DNA of 27,399 nt from an uncultured virus (IMG/VR IMGVR_UViG_2124908030_000007). Its lineage: Duplodnaviria > Heunggongvirae > Uroviricota > Caudoviricetes. Numbering within the stretch: position 1 is the first letter of the stretch; each line of letters begins with the position of its first letter. A model generated the notes under the pieces. The model was given only the letters and a program-made list of their open reading frames with translations. It was not told where the DNA came from and ran no database searches. The position numbers and the translations under genes are program-made. The stretch is from IMG/VR virus record IMGVR_UViG_2124908030_000007; one strand, given 5' to 3'. Of this stretch, positions 18,159 through 26,957 are shown one piece after another.

Positions 18159-18581
18159 CTATTCCATCAGGCGACTTTCAGGGAAGTGAAAGATCCTGTC
18201 TCCCGACATGTTAGGGTAACGCCCACCAACGACTAAATCATCATCGGGATATGGCGCGTTGTTTTGGTATTCGGACACGACAACCCCCTCATCGGTCATA
18301 AACTCATCGGCACGCTCACCCGTCAATTCGACAACTTCAACCGTATTCGCTTCCGGCGACGGAGTAGGCTCGTACCGATCGAGTAAGTAGTCACCCACAT
18401 CGTGAACGTGTTCCGGTTCGTCATCACTATTATCATCTTCCAACTCATACGCCAATTCACGCAAGTCGTCGCGTGCGGCGATTGCGTCGATTACATCGAT
18501 AGGCTCCGCATCATCCGATACGTGTGCCTTCAACAATTCGGTGAGCGAGTCGGCTGCGTCGTGGAGTGTTTCTGGCTCCAT
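18159..18581 (-). CDS. Acidic hypothetical protein (haloarchaeal-type, ...YPDDD.VV...FPESRL)
   Basis: Leaderless ATG 18581; present in only one of the two repeated blocks. Confidence 0.75.
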   Translation of the reverse strand: MEPETLHDAADSLTELLKAHVSDDAEPIDVIDAIAARDDLRELAYELEDDNSDDEPEHVHDVGDYLLDRYEPTPSPEANTVEVVELTGERADEFMTDEGVVVSEYQNNAPYPDDDLVVGGRYPNMSGDRIFHFPESRLME

Positions 18582-18682
18582 ACTTCTATTAACGGGTGGC
18601 ATACATATAAACCCATCGCTTTCGTCTGTGCTTTGAACCATGGTTCAAAACGTTGCCAAAAAAGAGTGACAATTTTTTTGGC

Positions 18683-18907
18683 CTACTCTTCAGGGTAAAC
18701 CCATGCGTCCATGACCGTTTTATTAAGATGTGCCCGAGTGAGAGAGTCGTAATCTAAGTCATAGTTTCGAATCTGTTGGAAAAAGTTTCCAACAGAATCT
18801 TCTTCCATGACTTTCACAAGAACCCTCTCTCCTGAGGTAGCGTTTGTGTTAACATCGATACCATTAACTCCGTCGAACGCTCTCGCAACTTGGGTTACGT
18901 TTCCCAT
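18683..18907 (-). CDS. Cassette protein, family B (duplicate of 15693-15917)
   Basis: Identical translation. Confidence 0.7.
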   Translation of the reverse strand: MGNVTQVARAFDGVNGIDVNTNATSGERVLVKVMEEDSVGNFFQQIRNYDLDYDSLTRAHLNKTVMDAWVYPEE

Positions 18908-19005
18908 TGTGTTTGTATACATGGGAGGCACACGTATAAACCCATCGTTCTCGCCTGTGGTTNNNNNNNNNNNNNNNNNNNNNNNNNNNNNNNNNNNNNN
19001 NNNNN

Positions 19006-19072
19006 TTGGTCGTATGGTGTGTATCTGTCGAACACTAACTGGCCCGCCACACTCGTCACATTTTGATGACAT
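19006..19072 (-). CDS. 5' part of a Zn-finger protein cut by gap
   Basis: MSSKCDECGGP..., TAATG-coupled to the upstream gene. Confidence 0.45.
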
Positions 19073-19530
19073 TATCCTGTTGGGGTAGACTTCTTTTTCT
19101 TACCACAATTCTTACATGAGTATTTTGTCGCAACACGGGCGTTATGTTTTTGATGTGGGTTACGGCACTCATAATCATGTGATCCGTCATCACTTTCGGG
19201 ACACCGTTTATCGTTGTGATTACAAACACCACACTTAACACCCGCGAAGTGAGTCGAAACAAATCCGGCGGCATCACGGAAGTTATTACACTCCTTACAG
19301 AAACGCTGGCTAGTAGTAATCATAAATGATGCGACGGCTTCTACCTTTCCGTAATCGCTCTTGTGGCTTACATCGAACGGAAGATGATCGGCTGCGTGAA
19401 GGGCGTAAATTGAATCACCGTCGATCCAACCCGAAGGTTTAGAAGCCCCAATTGATGAATCAGGCCCGCGTACCTGTTGTATTACCACTTTATGACCATG
19501 AACCGAATATTCGTCTCGTTTGTATGTCAT
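19072..19530 (-). CDS. Cys-rich Zn-binding cassette protein
   Basis: CKEC, CGVC, CP..H..C, CKNCG; SD-like GAGGA before ATG 19530. Confidence 0.7.
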   Translation of the reverse strand: MTYKRDEYSVHGHKVVIQQVRGPDSSIGASKPSGWIDGDSIYALHAADHLPFDVSHKSDYGKVEAVASFMITTSQRFCKECNNFRDAAGFVSTHFAGVKCGVCNHNDKRCPESDDGSHDYECRNPHQKHNARVATKYSCKNCGKKKKSTPTG

Positions 19531-19640
19531 CGGTGTGTCCTCACTCACACAAATGGGAGGCACACGTATAAACCCATCGCTTTCGTCTGTGCTTTGAACC
19601 ATGGTTCAAAACGTTGCCAAGAAAAAAAAACGCTGCTATC

Positions 19641-19910
19641 TTACCACGGCTCGGCTAACGGATCTCGTGTCACTACGTGCGCCATTTCCTCACGCTGGCG
19701 GCGCTCCTCACGACAGTAGGGGCAATGCTTATCTTCAGGGTAAATGTCACCGTATTGAAGGTCGTGTTTGTGACAGTAGTTTTCGGGGGCAGTCCCAAAA
19801 CGACCACACCTGTCACAACGAACACCGTTCGTGGACGGTCTACCCTCGTCGTGAACGCCACACTCTTCGCACGATACGCCGACGTACAAGACGCCTAACT
19901 CCTTCACCAT
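19641..19910 (-). CDS. Cys-rich Zn-finger cassette protein (near-duplicate of 17033-17302)
   Basis: A few SNPs relative to the first copy. Confidence 0.75.
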   Translation of the reverse strand: MVKELGVLYVGVSCEECGVHDEGRPSTNGVRCDRCGRFGTAPENYCHKHDLQYGDIYPEDKHCPYCREERRQREEMAHVVTRDPLAEPW

Positions 19911-20001
19911 GTTACAACACAAGTGCCCTATTCGTATAAACCCATCGATGCCGCCCTCGCTTTGAACCATGGTTCAAACAATCTAAAAGAAAACGCTCTC
20001 C

Positions 20002-20511
20002 CTATTCCATACCGTGGACGAACGACCACTCCGATGATAACCCGAACCATGAGCCACGGTTATTAGGATCGACAGCACAGGCGTCTGTCGATTCGCTTAT
20101 TTTTCCACCAGTTTTTGAGTTGTATTCTGTTTTAACGAGTGCGGCGGCTTCTCGCCCACAAATAGGACACGTTTTTGGTATGTCCGTATTTTGGAAGGTT
20201 GGTTGATCGATATTTTCAGGATTAGTTAATTGACCGTGACTTTCGATGTATGTAAGTTTATGTATGTGATCATAAAACTTATTTTGCTCGAACGTTAGTT
20301 TCACATACTCATCTTCTTTGTATGAGTCAATATCTCCTTCCATCGGAGGCTGGCCGCCCGGATCTTTAGCACCCCCGTCACTTCTCCGAGTAACGTCGAA
20401 TTTTGGGACATTGATATAGAGATCCCTATCTGTAGGGGTAGCCGGTACTTTAACGACACCTAACACCGTTTCCGTCTCGTCCATGTCGGTGTTTTCGAGG
20501 CGCATTGTCAT
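20002..20511 (-). CDS. Cassette protein with C-terminal CPICG Zn motif
   Basis: ATG 20511, overlapped (ATGA) by the 5-codon leaderless uORF MVFQP* from 20525. Confidence 0.7.
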   Translation of the reverse strand: MTMRLENTDMDETETVLGVVKVPATPTDRDLYINVPKFDVTRRSDGGAKDPGGQPPMEGDIDSYKEDEYVKLTFEQNKFYDHIHKLTYIESHGQLTNPENIDQPTFQNTDIPKTCPICGREAAALVKTEYNSKTGGKISESTDACAVDPNNRGSWFGLSSEWSFVHGME

Positions 20512-20623
20512 GGTTGGAACACCATACTCAACCAAATGGGAGGCATACATATAAACCCATCGATGCCGTCTACGCTTTGAACCATGGTTCAAAACATAAC
20601 GAAAAAGAGAATATTACTCTACG

Positions 20624-20899
20624 TTATTCGTCACACTTCCCAATATCTATTCCTACTTTGTCACCCAATGAAAGGTACACCGACTCGATGTAATATCCCT
20701 CAGGTGGATTAAACCGTGTGTCGTTATCATCTATCCATACGACAGCATAACACACAGACGACGAGTTGATTTTGTCAATACGCGAATCGTTTCGCGGCAA
20801 TTCTCTCGCCAACTCTTTCATATTTTTGGTTTCTTCAACAGTAGCAGTACCGATATTTACATCATTACCGTTCACCGTTTCGGTCATAGGTGAGACCAT
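20624..20899 (-). CDS. Cassette protein, 'PPEGY.IE' family
   Basis: Paralogue of 20997-21272 and 22882-23172. Confidence 0.8.
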   Translation of the reverse strand: MVSPMTETVNGNDVNIGTATVEETKNMKELARELPRNDSRIDKINSSSVCYAVVWIDDNDTRFNPPEGYYIESVYLSLGDKVGIDIGKCDE

Positions 20900-20996
20900 A
20901 CATGATCATAGTGCCGGGTACACATAAACCCATCGCTTTCGTTTGTTCTTTGAATCATGGTTCAAACCATGACGAAAAAGAGAATATTACTCTACG

Positions 20997-21272
20997 TTAT
21001 TCGTCGGACTTTTCAATATCCATGCCTACTGCGCCACTCGATGAAAGGAACACCGACTCGATGTAGTATCCCTCAGGTGGATTAAACAGCGTGTCGTCAT
21101 CCTTCATCCAAACGACAACATGACACACAGACGAGCCGTTAATCCTGTCAATTCTGTTATCGTTTTGTGAGAGTTCTCTTGCAAAGTTTTTTACCTTTTT
21201 ATAGTCTTTTTTGTTCGTCGCACTAACTTTCACACGATTACCGTTCACCGTTTCGGTCGTACCTGAGACCAT
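20997..21272 (-). CDS. Cassette protein, 'PPEGY.IE' family
   Basis: Tandem paralogue with near-identical promoter and terminator flanks. Confidence 0.8.
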   Translation of the reverse strand: MVSGTTETVNGNRVKVSATNKKDYKKVKNFARELSQNDNRIDRINGSSVCHVVVWMKDDDTLFNPPEGYYIESVFLSSSGAVGMDIEKSDE

Positions 21273-21362
21273 ACCTGATCATAGTGCCGGGTACACATAA
21301 ACCCATCGCTTTCGTTTGTGCTTTGAACCATGGTTCAAACATGGATAAAAAAAAGTATTTTC

Positions 21363-21581
21363 TTAGACTTCTTTTATATTGAAACTTACCCCTATGTGTC
21401 CAACAGATCCAGTTAACTTATCGCGTAAGTACATCGCTTGATATTTTGGTAACGGATCTGATAATTGTTCTGTCTCGATACCCGGACCTGCGATGATTAC
21501 AACGTGTGTTCTCTCATCGGGAAGATCAAACGGATCAATATTCGTTATTTCTTCTTTCGCTTTTTCGACAGTTTCACTCAT
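21363..21581 (-). CDS. Hypothetical protein
   Basis: Third gene of a 3-gene cassette. Confidence 0.6.
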   Translation of the reverse strand: MSETVEKAKEEITNIDPFDLPDERTHVVIIAGPGIETEQLSDPLPKYQAMYLRDKLTGSVGHIGVSFNIKEV

Positions 21582-21741
21582 GATTGTTACCCAATCGGTG
21601 TGGATCCCGATCGTCTGCGTACACTTTTATGTCTGTATCGTTCGAGTCCCCTCGGGTGTGAAGAATCACACCGTTTTGAACGTTCGTGTGATCGTGAATC
21701 GTCGCAGGGACGTAACTCATGTCAGTTACTTTAGTTGTCAT
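21574..21741 (-). CDS. Hypothetical protein (55 aa)
   Basis: ATG 21741 preceded by SD GGAGG. Confidence 0.55.
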   Translation of the reverse strand: MTTKVTDMSYVPATIHDHTNVQNGVILHTRGDSNDTDIKVYADDRDPHRLGNNHE

Positions 21742-21883
21742 TATTTTCCTCCGGATCGTCGTGAACATTATCAATACGGCGCAGGCTTTTCCATGATTCA
21801 GGCGGCCTTGCGACACCGTGATAATGGTCATACAACTTACACGGCTCACTCTCCGGCATTTCGGGACTATCTGGTCCTTCCAT
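21731..21883 (-). CDS. 50-aa protein (not in ORF track)
   Basis: Leaderless MEGPDSPEMPESEPCKLYDHYHG...NNDN* at the expected distance from TATA CTTTATA. Confidence 0.55.
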   Translation of the reverse strand: MEGPDSPEMPESEPCKLYDHYHGVARPPESWKSLRRIDNVHDDPEENNDN

Positions 21884-21979
21884 ACTCAACCAAACGGGAG
21901 GCTACCATATAAAGGCATCGATTCTCTTTTCGCTTTGAACCATGGTTCAAACATATTGATAAAATTTTTGTTGTTATTC

Positions 21980-22174
21980 TTACAACTCTTTTTGAATTTG
22001 ATCTGACAGTTTTTGTGCCTCGTCTGTTGTTAACAGTATTTCCCTTTTAGGATCATCGGGGTGTCCTTCTTTAAGTGACACCCATCCTTCTCCGGGTATT
22101 TCTGTTGTCATTATTTCAACCCACATTTTTGGTGGTGTTTTCTCACCAATAGGGACTTCTTTTTCTTTTATCAT
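21980..22174 (-). CDS. Hypothetical protein, distant paralogue of 22180-22404
   Basis: P..W.E...V..K.G...P....L...E..K pattern shared with its neighbour. Confidence 0.65.
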   Translation of the reverse strand: MIKEKEVPIGEKTPPKMWVEIMTTEIPGEGWVSLKEGHPDDPKREILLTTDEAQKLSDQIQKEL

Positions 22175-22179
22175 GTTTA

Positions 22180-22404
22180 TTATAGCACCTCTTTTAGTTC
22201 ACTTATCATTTTTTCAACCTCTCGCTCGTTTAGTGTAACCTTTTTGTAAGGAAACTCGGGATCCGTTCCTGCCTTGATTGTTACCCTCTTATTGTCGTTT
22301 TTGGTGACACGAGGGTAATCCTCTTTTGTGTTGTAACTGACAACTTCAAGCCAAAGGGTAGGCCCTTCTTGTGGGTCGAGCGGGCTTTCTGTGAGTTGTC
22401 TCAT
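22180..22404 (-). CDS. Hypothetical cassette protein
   Basis: Leaderless MRQLTES. Confidence 0.65.
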   Translation of the reverse strand: MRQLTESPLDPQEGPTLWLEVVSYNTKEDYPRVTKNDNKRVTIKAGTDPEFPYKKVTLNEREVEKMISELKEVL

Positions 22405-22501
22405 CACGTCTATCCATACGAGACGGGGATATATAAAGGCATCGGAGTCGTCTACGCTTTGAACCATGGTTCAAACAATCAAAAAGAACCCGAACACTAC
22501 C

Positions 22502-22777
22502 TTATCGAATAGGTTCGAACCCCTCGTTACTCATGCGTTCGCTTGCTATTTCATATGCCAGATCGTCATCATAATCAGACAATCCGGTAAGTTTACCCGA
22601 CGTAAACACACGCACGTTTGACCAATCACCGCTCGCATCATACACGTTAAACGTGTACCCGCCTGACCACACCGCAGCGTTACCCTCATCGTTAAACCCG
22701 ATAAGGCGAGCGTTGTTAGTTGCTCTTGCGATTTTGTGACTCCGGAGGCTTCGATCGTCTTGGCTCATTTGTGCCAT
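22502..22777 (-). CDS. Hypothetical cassette protein
   Basis: Leaderless MAQMSQ. Confidence 0.7.
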   Translation of the reverse strand: MAQMSQDDRSLRSHKIARATNNARLIGFNDEGNAAVWSGGYTFNVYDASGDWSNVRVFTSGKLTGLSDYDDDLAYEIASERMSNEGFEPIR

Positions 22778-22865
22778 CGCGTTTGTATACATGGGAGGCA
22801 CACGTATAAACCCATCGCTTTCGTCTGTACTTTGAACCATGGTTCAAACATGGTCAAAAGAAAAC
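22778..22865 (-). promoter_or_regulatory. Representative inter-cassette module: T-tract terminator / palindrome / BRE-TATA / leaderless start
   Basis: - strand: TTTTCTTTT GACCATG TTTGAACCATGGTTCAAA GTACAGACGAAAGCGATGGG TTTATACG then 25 nt to ATG; the same geometry occurs at nearly all copies. Confidence 0.85.
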
Positions 22866-22881
22866 CGATTATTTCACGACG

Positions 22882-23172
22882 CTACTCGTCGGTTTTTACT
22901 ATTTCGAGGGCTACGTGGTACGTCGAAGTAATGAACACTCGTTCGATCTCGTATCCTTCAGGTGCCTCAAAGCCGACTTTGCTACCCGTTAGCCAGATAG
23001 TCGCGTAATATCGTGGCGACGAGACTACCCGATCAACACGAGGATCTCCCCGATCAAGGTCTGCCGCGAGACGACGTGCTTCAGTTTCGTCACTATTTCC
23101 CTTTGCGGTGACACCGATACGCACTTCATTATCGTTAACGACCGGATTGCGCCTTTCGGTTTGTGACTCCAT
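22882..23172 (-). CDS. Cassette protein, 'PPEGY.IE' family
   Basis: VNDNEVRIG..DPRVDRV..FEAPEGYEIERV. Confidence 0.75.
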   Translation of the reverse strand: MESQTERRNPVVNDNEVRIGVTAKGNSDETEARRLAADLDRGDPRVDRVVSSPRYYATIWLTGSKVGFEAPEGYEIERVFITSTYHVALEIVKTDE

Positions 23173-23254
23173 CACGTATCAACACAAGAACGGCATACGT
23201 ATAAACCCATCGTTTTTGTCTGTGCTTTGAACCATGGTTCAAACATGGAAAAAA

Positions 23255-23419
23255 TTAGTTTTCCCAAACAATTCCATGAATCTCACAAATAACTTCATAT
23301 TTCGGAATATCTTTTTCTCGTTTCGCATCAAGTTTTCCTTCACGCTTGTGTTTGCGTACATAAGTCGAACGATCACAACCGGGTTCTACACACGTTTTTG
23401 GTGGATCTCCGTTTAACAT
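23255..23419 (-). CDS. 54-aa CCCH Zn-finger microprotein (not in ORF track)
   Basis: MLNGDPPKTCVEPGCDRST...ICEIHGIVWEN*. Confidence 0.75.
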   Translation of the reverse strand: MLNGDPPKTCVEPGCDRSTYVRKHKREGKLDAKREKDIPKYEVICEIHGIVWEN

Positions 23420-23509
23420 AGATCACTATCATACTCCTATGTACTTAAATCCATCGTTTGACGTTATTCTTTGAACCATGGTTCAAACATGGTAAAAAAG
23501 GAGGGCTTC

Positions 23510-23674
23510 TTAGTTTTGCCAGAGAATCCCGTGAATCACGCAAATCACTTCGCGTGTGGGGGCGTCTTTGTGTCGATTCGTGTCGAGTTTTGCGTCACGC
23601 TCATACGTGCGCTCGTGGGTCGAACGATCACACTCGGGTTCGGTACACGTCTCAGGTGGAGTTTCGCTCACCAT
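23510..23674 (-). CDS. 54-aa CCCH Zn-finger microprotein (not in ORF track)
   Basis: MVSETPPETCTEPECDRST...ICVIHGILWQN*. Confidence 0.75.
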   Translation of the reverse strand: MVSETPPETCTEPECDRSTHERTYERDAKLDTNRHKDAPTREVICVIHGILWQN

Positions 23675-23771
23675 GAATAACTATTGTACCCCCATATACT
23701 TAAAGCCATCGTTCGACGTTGTGCTTTGAACCATGGTTCAACCGTGTCTAAAAAAATGACAGCCAGTTGTC

Positions 23772-24068
23772 TTATAACTGTTCGTAATGAACCCGTTCGA
23801 CTGACTCAATCATGTCAATATCAATACACGTATCCATGAAGTCCTTAAGCCCGTCATCGTCGCCCATTTGAATATCAGTATCGAAACACAATCCGACACC
23901 GATGTGCTGATCCCCGACGAGTCCGTAAACGTTTACGTCGAACACGTCGCCCGACATAAATTCATGAACATCCGCCATCCTTTTAGTCGCCTCAACGACG
24001 GCACTATTTGCGTTATCCACTACACTCGTTCCGACGATGACCTCGAACGCCTCGGTTTCTTGCGCCAT
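23772..24068 (-). CDS. Hypothetical acidic cassette protein
   Basis: Leaderless ORF between palindromes. Confidence 0.7.
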   Translation of the reverse strand: MAQETEAFEVIVGTSVVDNANSAVVEATKRMADVHEFMSGDVFDVNVYGLVGDQHIGVGLCFDTDIQMGDDDGLKDFMDTCIDIDMIESVERVHYEQL

Positions 24069-24164
24069 TACAAATCAATAGAAGGGCGGGATACATATAA
24101 ACCCATCGCTTTCGTCTACGCTTTGAACCATGGTTCAAACATGGCAAAAAGAAAGCGCCGTTAT

Positions 24165-24383
24165 CTAACGTCGGTCTTTTTCGATAGCAAACCAGTTTTG
24201 ATCAAATCCGACAAACATCCAGTCATCATCGAGTCGGTGTGCTTGAACGAGTCCTTTAAACGAAAACTGATGTCGCGTCCCGCGACTACTTTCATGAATT
24301 ATCACATCGTTGGGTCCACTTGCTTCGATCTCTTTAGCCACATCTATCGCCTCATCTACTTCTCCGTGGGTCACTTCTCCCAT
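24165..24383 (-). CDS. Hypothetical cassette protein
   Basis: Leaderless ORF between palindromes. Confidence 0.7.
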   Translation of the reverse strand: MGEVTHGEVDEAIDVAKEIEASGPNDVIIHESSRGTRHQFSFKGLVQAHRLDDDWMFVGFDQNWFAIEKDRR

Positions 24384-24476
24384 ACTCTACCAAAGGAGAG
24401 GCTACCATATAAAGGCATCGATGCCGTCCTCGATTTGAACCATGGTTCAAACGTATTCAAAAAAAAACGCGGTTCC

Positions 24477-24716
24477 TTAGAATTTCTCTTCGGTTTTTTG
24501 AATTGCCTTTTCTGCCGCAGTCTCCGCATCAGCGTCGAACCTTCGGATAACACGCTCGGCGAGCCTTTGAGCGAACATCTTTTTCTCACCCGTGTACCCA
24601 CGTTCTGCGATCTTCAGGCGAGCATGACCGTGCCACGTATCCGGCATGACGCCCGCGATCTGTTCGTCCATGGTGTTCTTCGCCTCTTCGACAACTTCGG
24701 CATGGCTTTCTGCCAT
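24477..24716 (-). CDS. Hypothetical helical cassette protein
   Basis: Leaderless MAESHAE. Confidence 0.7.
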   Translation of the reverse strand: MAESHAEVVEEAKNTMDEQIAGVMPDTWHGHARLKIAERGYTGEKKMFAQRLAERVIRRFDADAETAAEKAIQKTEEKF

Positions 24717-24801
24717 ACTACAGTAAAGGAGACGGGGATGTATAAAGGCATCGATGCCGTCCTCGCTTTGAACCATGGTTCAAAACATCGTCAAAAAAAA
24801 A

Positions 24802-25122
24802 TTATTTCTTATGCCAGTTCCATCCTTGTCCTGCCCCTTGGCTATTACTCGCACGAATAGGCTGTCCGGGTATTCCAGAAACCGGTTCTCTGCCTCTGTA
24901 GATAACGTTTACTTTTGTACCATCTTCTTTTGAAACTGTCAACATTTGTCGGTTTCTGTGAGTAGTTGTTATATTCTCTACAGTAATCTCATAATTATCA
25001 AATGTTTGATCAGAATTTTTGAGTTTATACCCTGATGGCAAAGGTAGACCGACAATACATTTGTCATGTACAATATCAGTTAATACAAGCGTGTCTCCTT
25101 CTTCCGGGTGTTCGTGTCCCAT
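24802..25122 (-). CDS. Hypothetical cassette protein
   Basis: Leaderless ORF; visibly AT-rich. Confidence 0.65.
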   Translation of the reverse strand: MGHEHPEEGDTLVLTDIVHDKCIVGLPLPSGYKLKNSDQTFDNYEITVENITTTHRNRQMLTVSKEDGTKVNVIYRGREPVSGIPGQPIRASNSQGAGQGWNWHKK

Positions 25123-25217
25123 ATGCTATGATGGTGCCGGGTACATATAAACCCATCGGTGTCGTCTTTGCTTTGAACCATGGTTCAAAACATGGTCAAA
25201 AAAAACGCTCGCTTTTC

Positions 25218-25457
25218 TTACCGCTCTCGAACCTCGTAATGATCCACACCGTCAGGCGCGTTGTCGCCCGAGGGGTAGCCCGTGCCTCGCGTGAGGGCGT
25301 CGTCAACCTCATGCGGCTTAAGGCTCTCCGTCTCAAACAACACGTTGCCGTCTGCGTCCACCGCCACCACGTCGTGCGTGAAGGGGTTCGTGCGACCGTG
25401 ATCGGGATGCTCAGACTGCCGTAGCCTCTCGTGATGCGCTGTGACCTTTCGGGCCAT
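25218..25457 (-). CDS. Hypothetical cassette protein
   Basis: Leaderless MARKVT; visibly GC-rich. Confidence 0.7.
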   Translation of the reverse strand: MARKVTAHHERLRQSEHPDHGRTNPFTHDVVAVDADGNVLFETESLKPHEVDDALTRGTGYPSGDNAPDGVDHYEVRER

Positions 25458-25561
25458 ACACATGGGTACGGGTGCTATTGGTATAAATGCTTCGATGCCG
25501 TCCTCGCTTTGAACCATGGTTCAAAGACTTGCCGCAAAAAGAAAGCCGCCCTCCTGTCTCG

Positions 25562-25849
25562 TTATTTTTCGACTTTTCTGACTTTGCCTATGTCGGTGTA
25601 CATATCCAGCCCATCGTGGTATCCTTGAATGTATCCAATATCCGCGTACCACGTATGAGTCTCGTATTCATCCTGAAGCGGTTCAAGTGGCTTGAATTTC
25701 ACATCTGAGAAACTACGACTTTGGACCACAGCCTCGAACGAACGAGTCCCGAGATGATTAGCCGCACGACTGTTCACATGAACCGTCACCCGATCGCCCT
25801 CGTTTAGTTCTCTCGACGACACAACTTTCGTGTTGTCTTTTTCAGACAT
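25562..25849 (-). CDS. Hypothetical protein (SH3/KOW-like beta pattern)
   Basis: ATG 25849 after TATA TTTATA ~25878-25883; LNEGDRVTV motif. Confidence 0.65.
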   Translation of the reverse strand: MSEKDNTKVVSSRELNEGDRVTVHVNSRAANHLGTRSFEAVVQSRSFSDVKFKPLEPLQDEYETHTWYADIGYIQGYHDGLDMYTDIGKVRKVEK

Positions 25850-26064
25850 CACGATTTTAGTTAGGGGACCTAATGGTATAAATGTTTGGTCAGTACGCTT
25901 ACACGTCTTACGGAATAAAAGAATATTTTTGGTAATCACAAAACGTCTTTGTCAATACACAAAACTAGATGGTTGTATTAGAGTCGATGTGTGCTAAATA
26001 AAGTGGCACGCGCTGCGGTTCTTTGAACCATGGTTCAAAACGTCGCCAAAAAAAAGCGAGTTTC

Positions 26065-26283
26065 TTACAAGTCCTCGTTGTTTTCAATTTTCTCCACGAT
26101 TTTCTCCAATTCCTCGCGCTCGGCCTTCAGGCCAGCGACACGCGCGTCACTCATGGCAAACTCAATATCGCGCGTGAACGCAACGTCTCGCGCGTGTTGC
26201 TCCTCCTCCAATTTATCGTCGATTTGTCGGATCGCGCGTTTCGCCCTGTAGTACTGCTTCGATTTTTGGCTCATGGAAGCCAT
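26065..26283 (-). CDS. Small coiled-coil cassette protein
   Basis: Heptad-like helical sequence; leaderless. Confidence 0.65.
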   Translation of the reverse strand: MASMSQKSKQYYRAKRAIRQIDDKLEEEQHARDVAFTRDIEFAMSDARVAGLKAEREELEKIVEKIENNEDL

Positions 26284-26382
26284 ACCCTATCAAGGGACGG
26301 GGGACATATAAGTCTGTCGATGCCGTCCTCTCTTTGAACCATGGTTCAAACATCGTCAAATAAAAAGCGGCAAGTTTTGCCG

Positions 26383-26598
26383 TTAGTCGTATTGTTGTTG
26401 CTGATCCAACATGAAGATTCCCTGATGCGATTCGTCTAATTCTTCTGATATAATTCTGTTGATAGTTTCCTCGATCTCATCAGCCGAGATCTCATCCTCA
26501 AGCTCAATTTTCGACTGAAAAGCGCCTGAAATTTTCGCCAGCGCAGTCGCACGATTGTCGTAACTTTCCTCCAATCCGGGTGGTACTTGGCTTCCCAT
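26383..26598 (-). CDS. Hypothetical acidic cassette protein
   Basis: Leaderless MGSQVPP. Confidence 0.65.
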   Translation of the reverse strand: MGSQVPPGLEESYDNRATALAKISGAFQSKIELEDEISADEIEETINRIISEELDESHQGIFMLDQQQQYD

Positions 26599-26694
26599 AC
26601 CCGATCATAACACCGGGTACATATAAACCCATCGGAGTGGCTCTCGCTTTGAACCATGGTTCAAACATCGACAAATAAAAAAAAACGGTGTTCG

Positions 26695-26859
26695 TTAAAT
26701 TAGACCGTTTTCAGCCAACGGCGACTTACACCCACAATCAGGATGGCTGTTACGTTGGTCCGGATCAATACGCCGACCGTGGGGGCAAATAATCGTTCCG
26801 CCGATATCAGTAGACCACTCATCACCCGCAATCGACTTGAGCATGGTTTCACTAACCAT
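26695..26859 (-). CDS. 54-aa Zn-binding microprotein (not in ORF track)
   Basis: MVSETMLK...CPHGRRIDPD...PDCGCKSPLAENGLI*. Confidence 0.7.
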   Translation of the reverse strand: MVSETMLKSIAGDEWSTDIGGTIICPHGRRIDPDQRNSHPDCGCKSPLAENGLI

Positions 26860-26957
26860 ACTACATCATAGGACGGGGGACATATAAATCCGTCGAAGTT
26901 GTCCTATCTTTGAACCATGGTTCAAAACCAATCGACAAATAAAAAAGAACGATCGTG

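Noticed and set aside
23868..24860. 330-aa + strand ORF and other long antisense ORFs (e.g. 25035-25424, 9297-9611)
   Set aside because: They are shadow frames crossing several - strand cassettes, palindromes and terminators, with non-acidic composition and no promoter.
9339..26657. Shared N-terminal leader peptide 'MVQS.DE.DGFI...' (and 'MNHGSK') on many ORFs
   Set aside because: Artefact of translating from the ATG or TTG in the palindrome through the promoter. It is upstream of the TATA box and out of frame for many cassettes.
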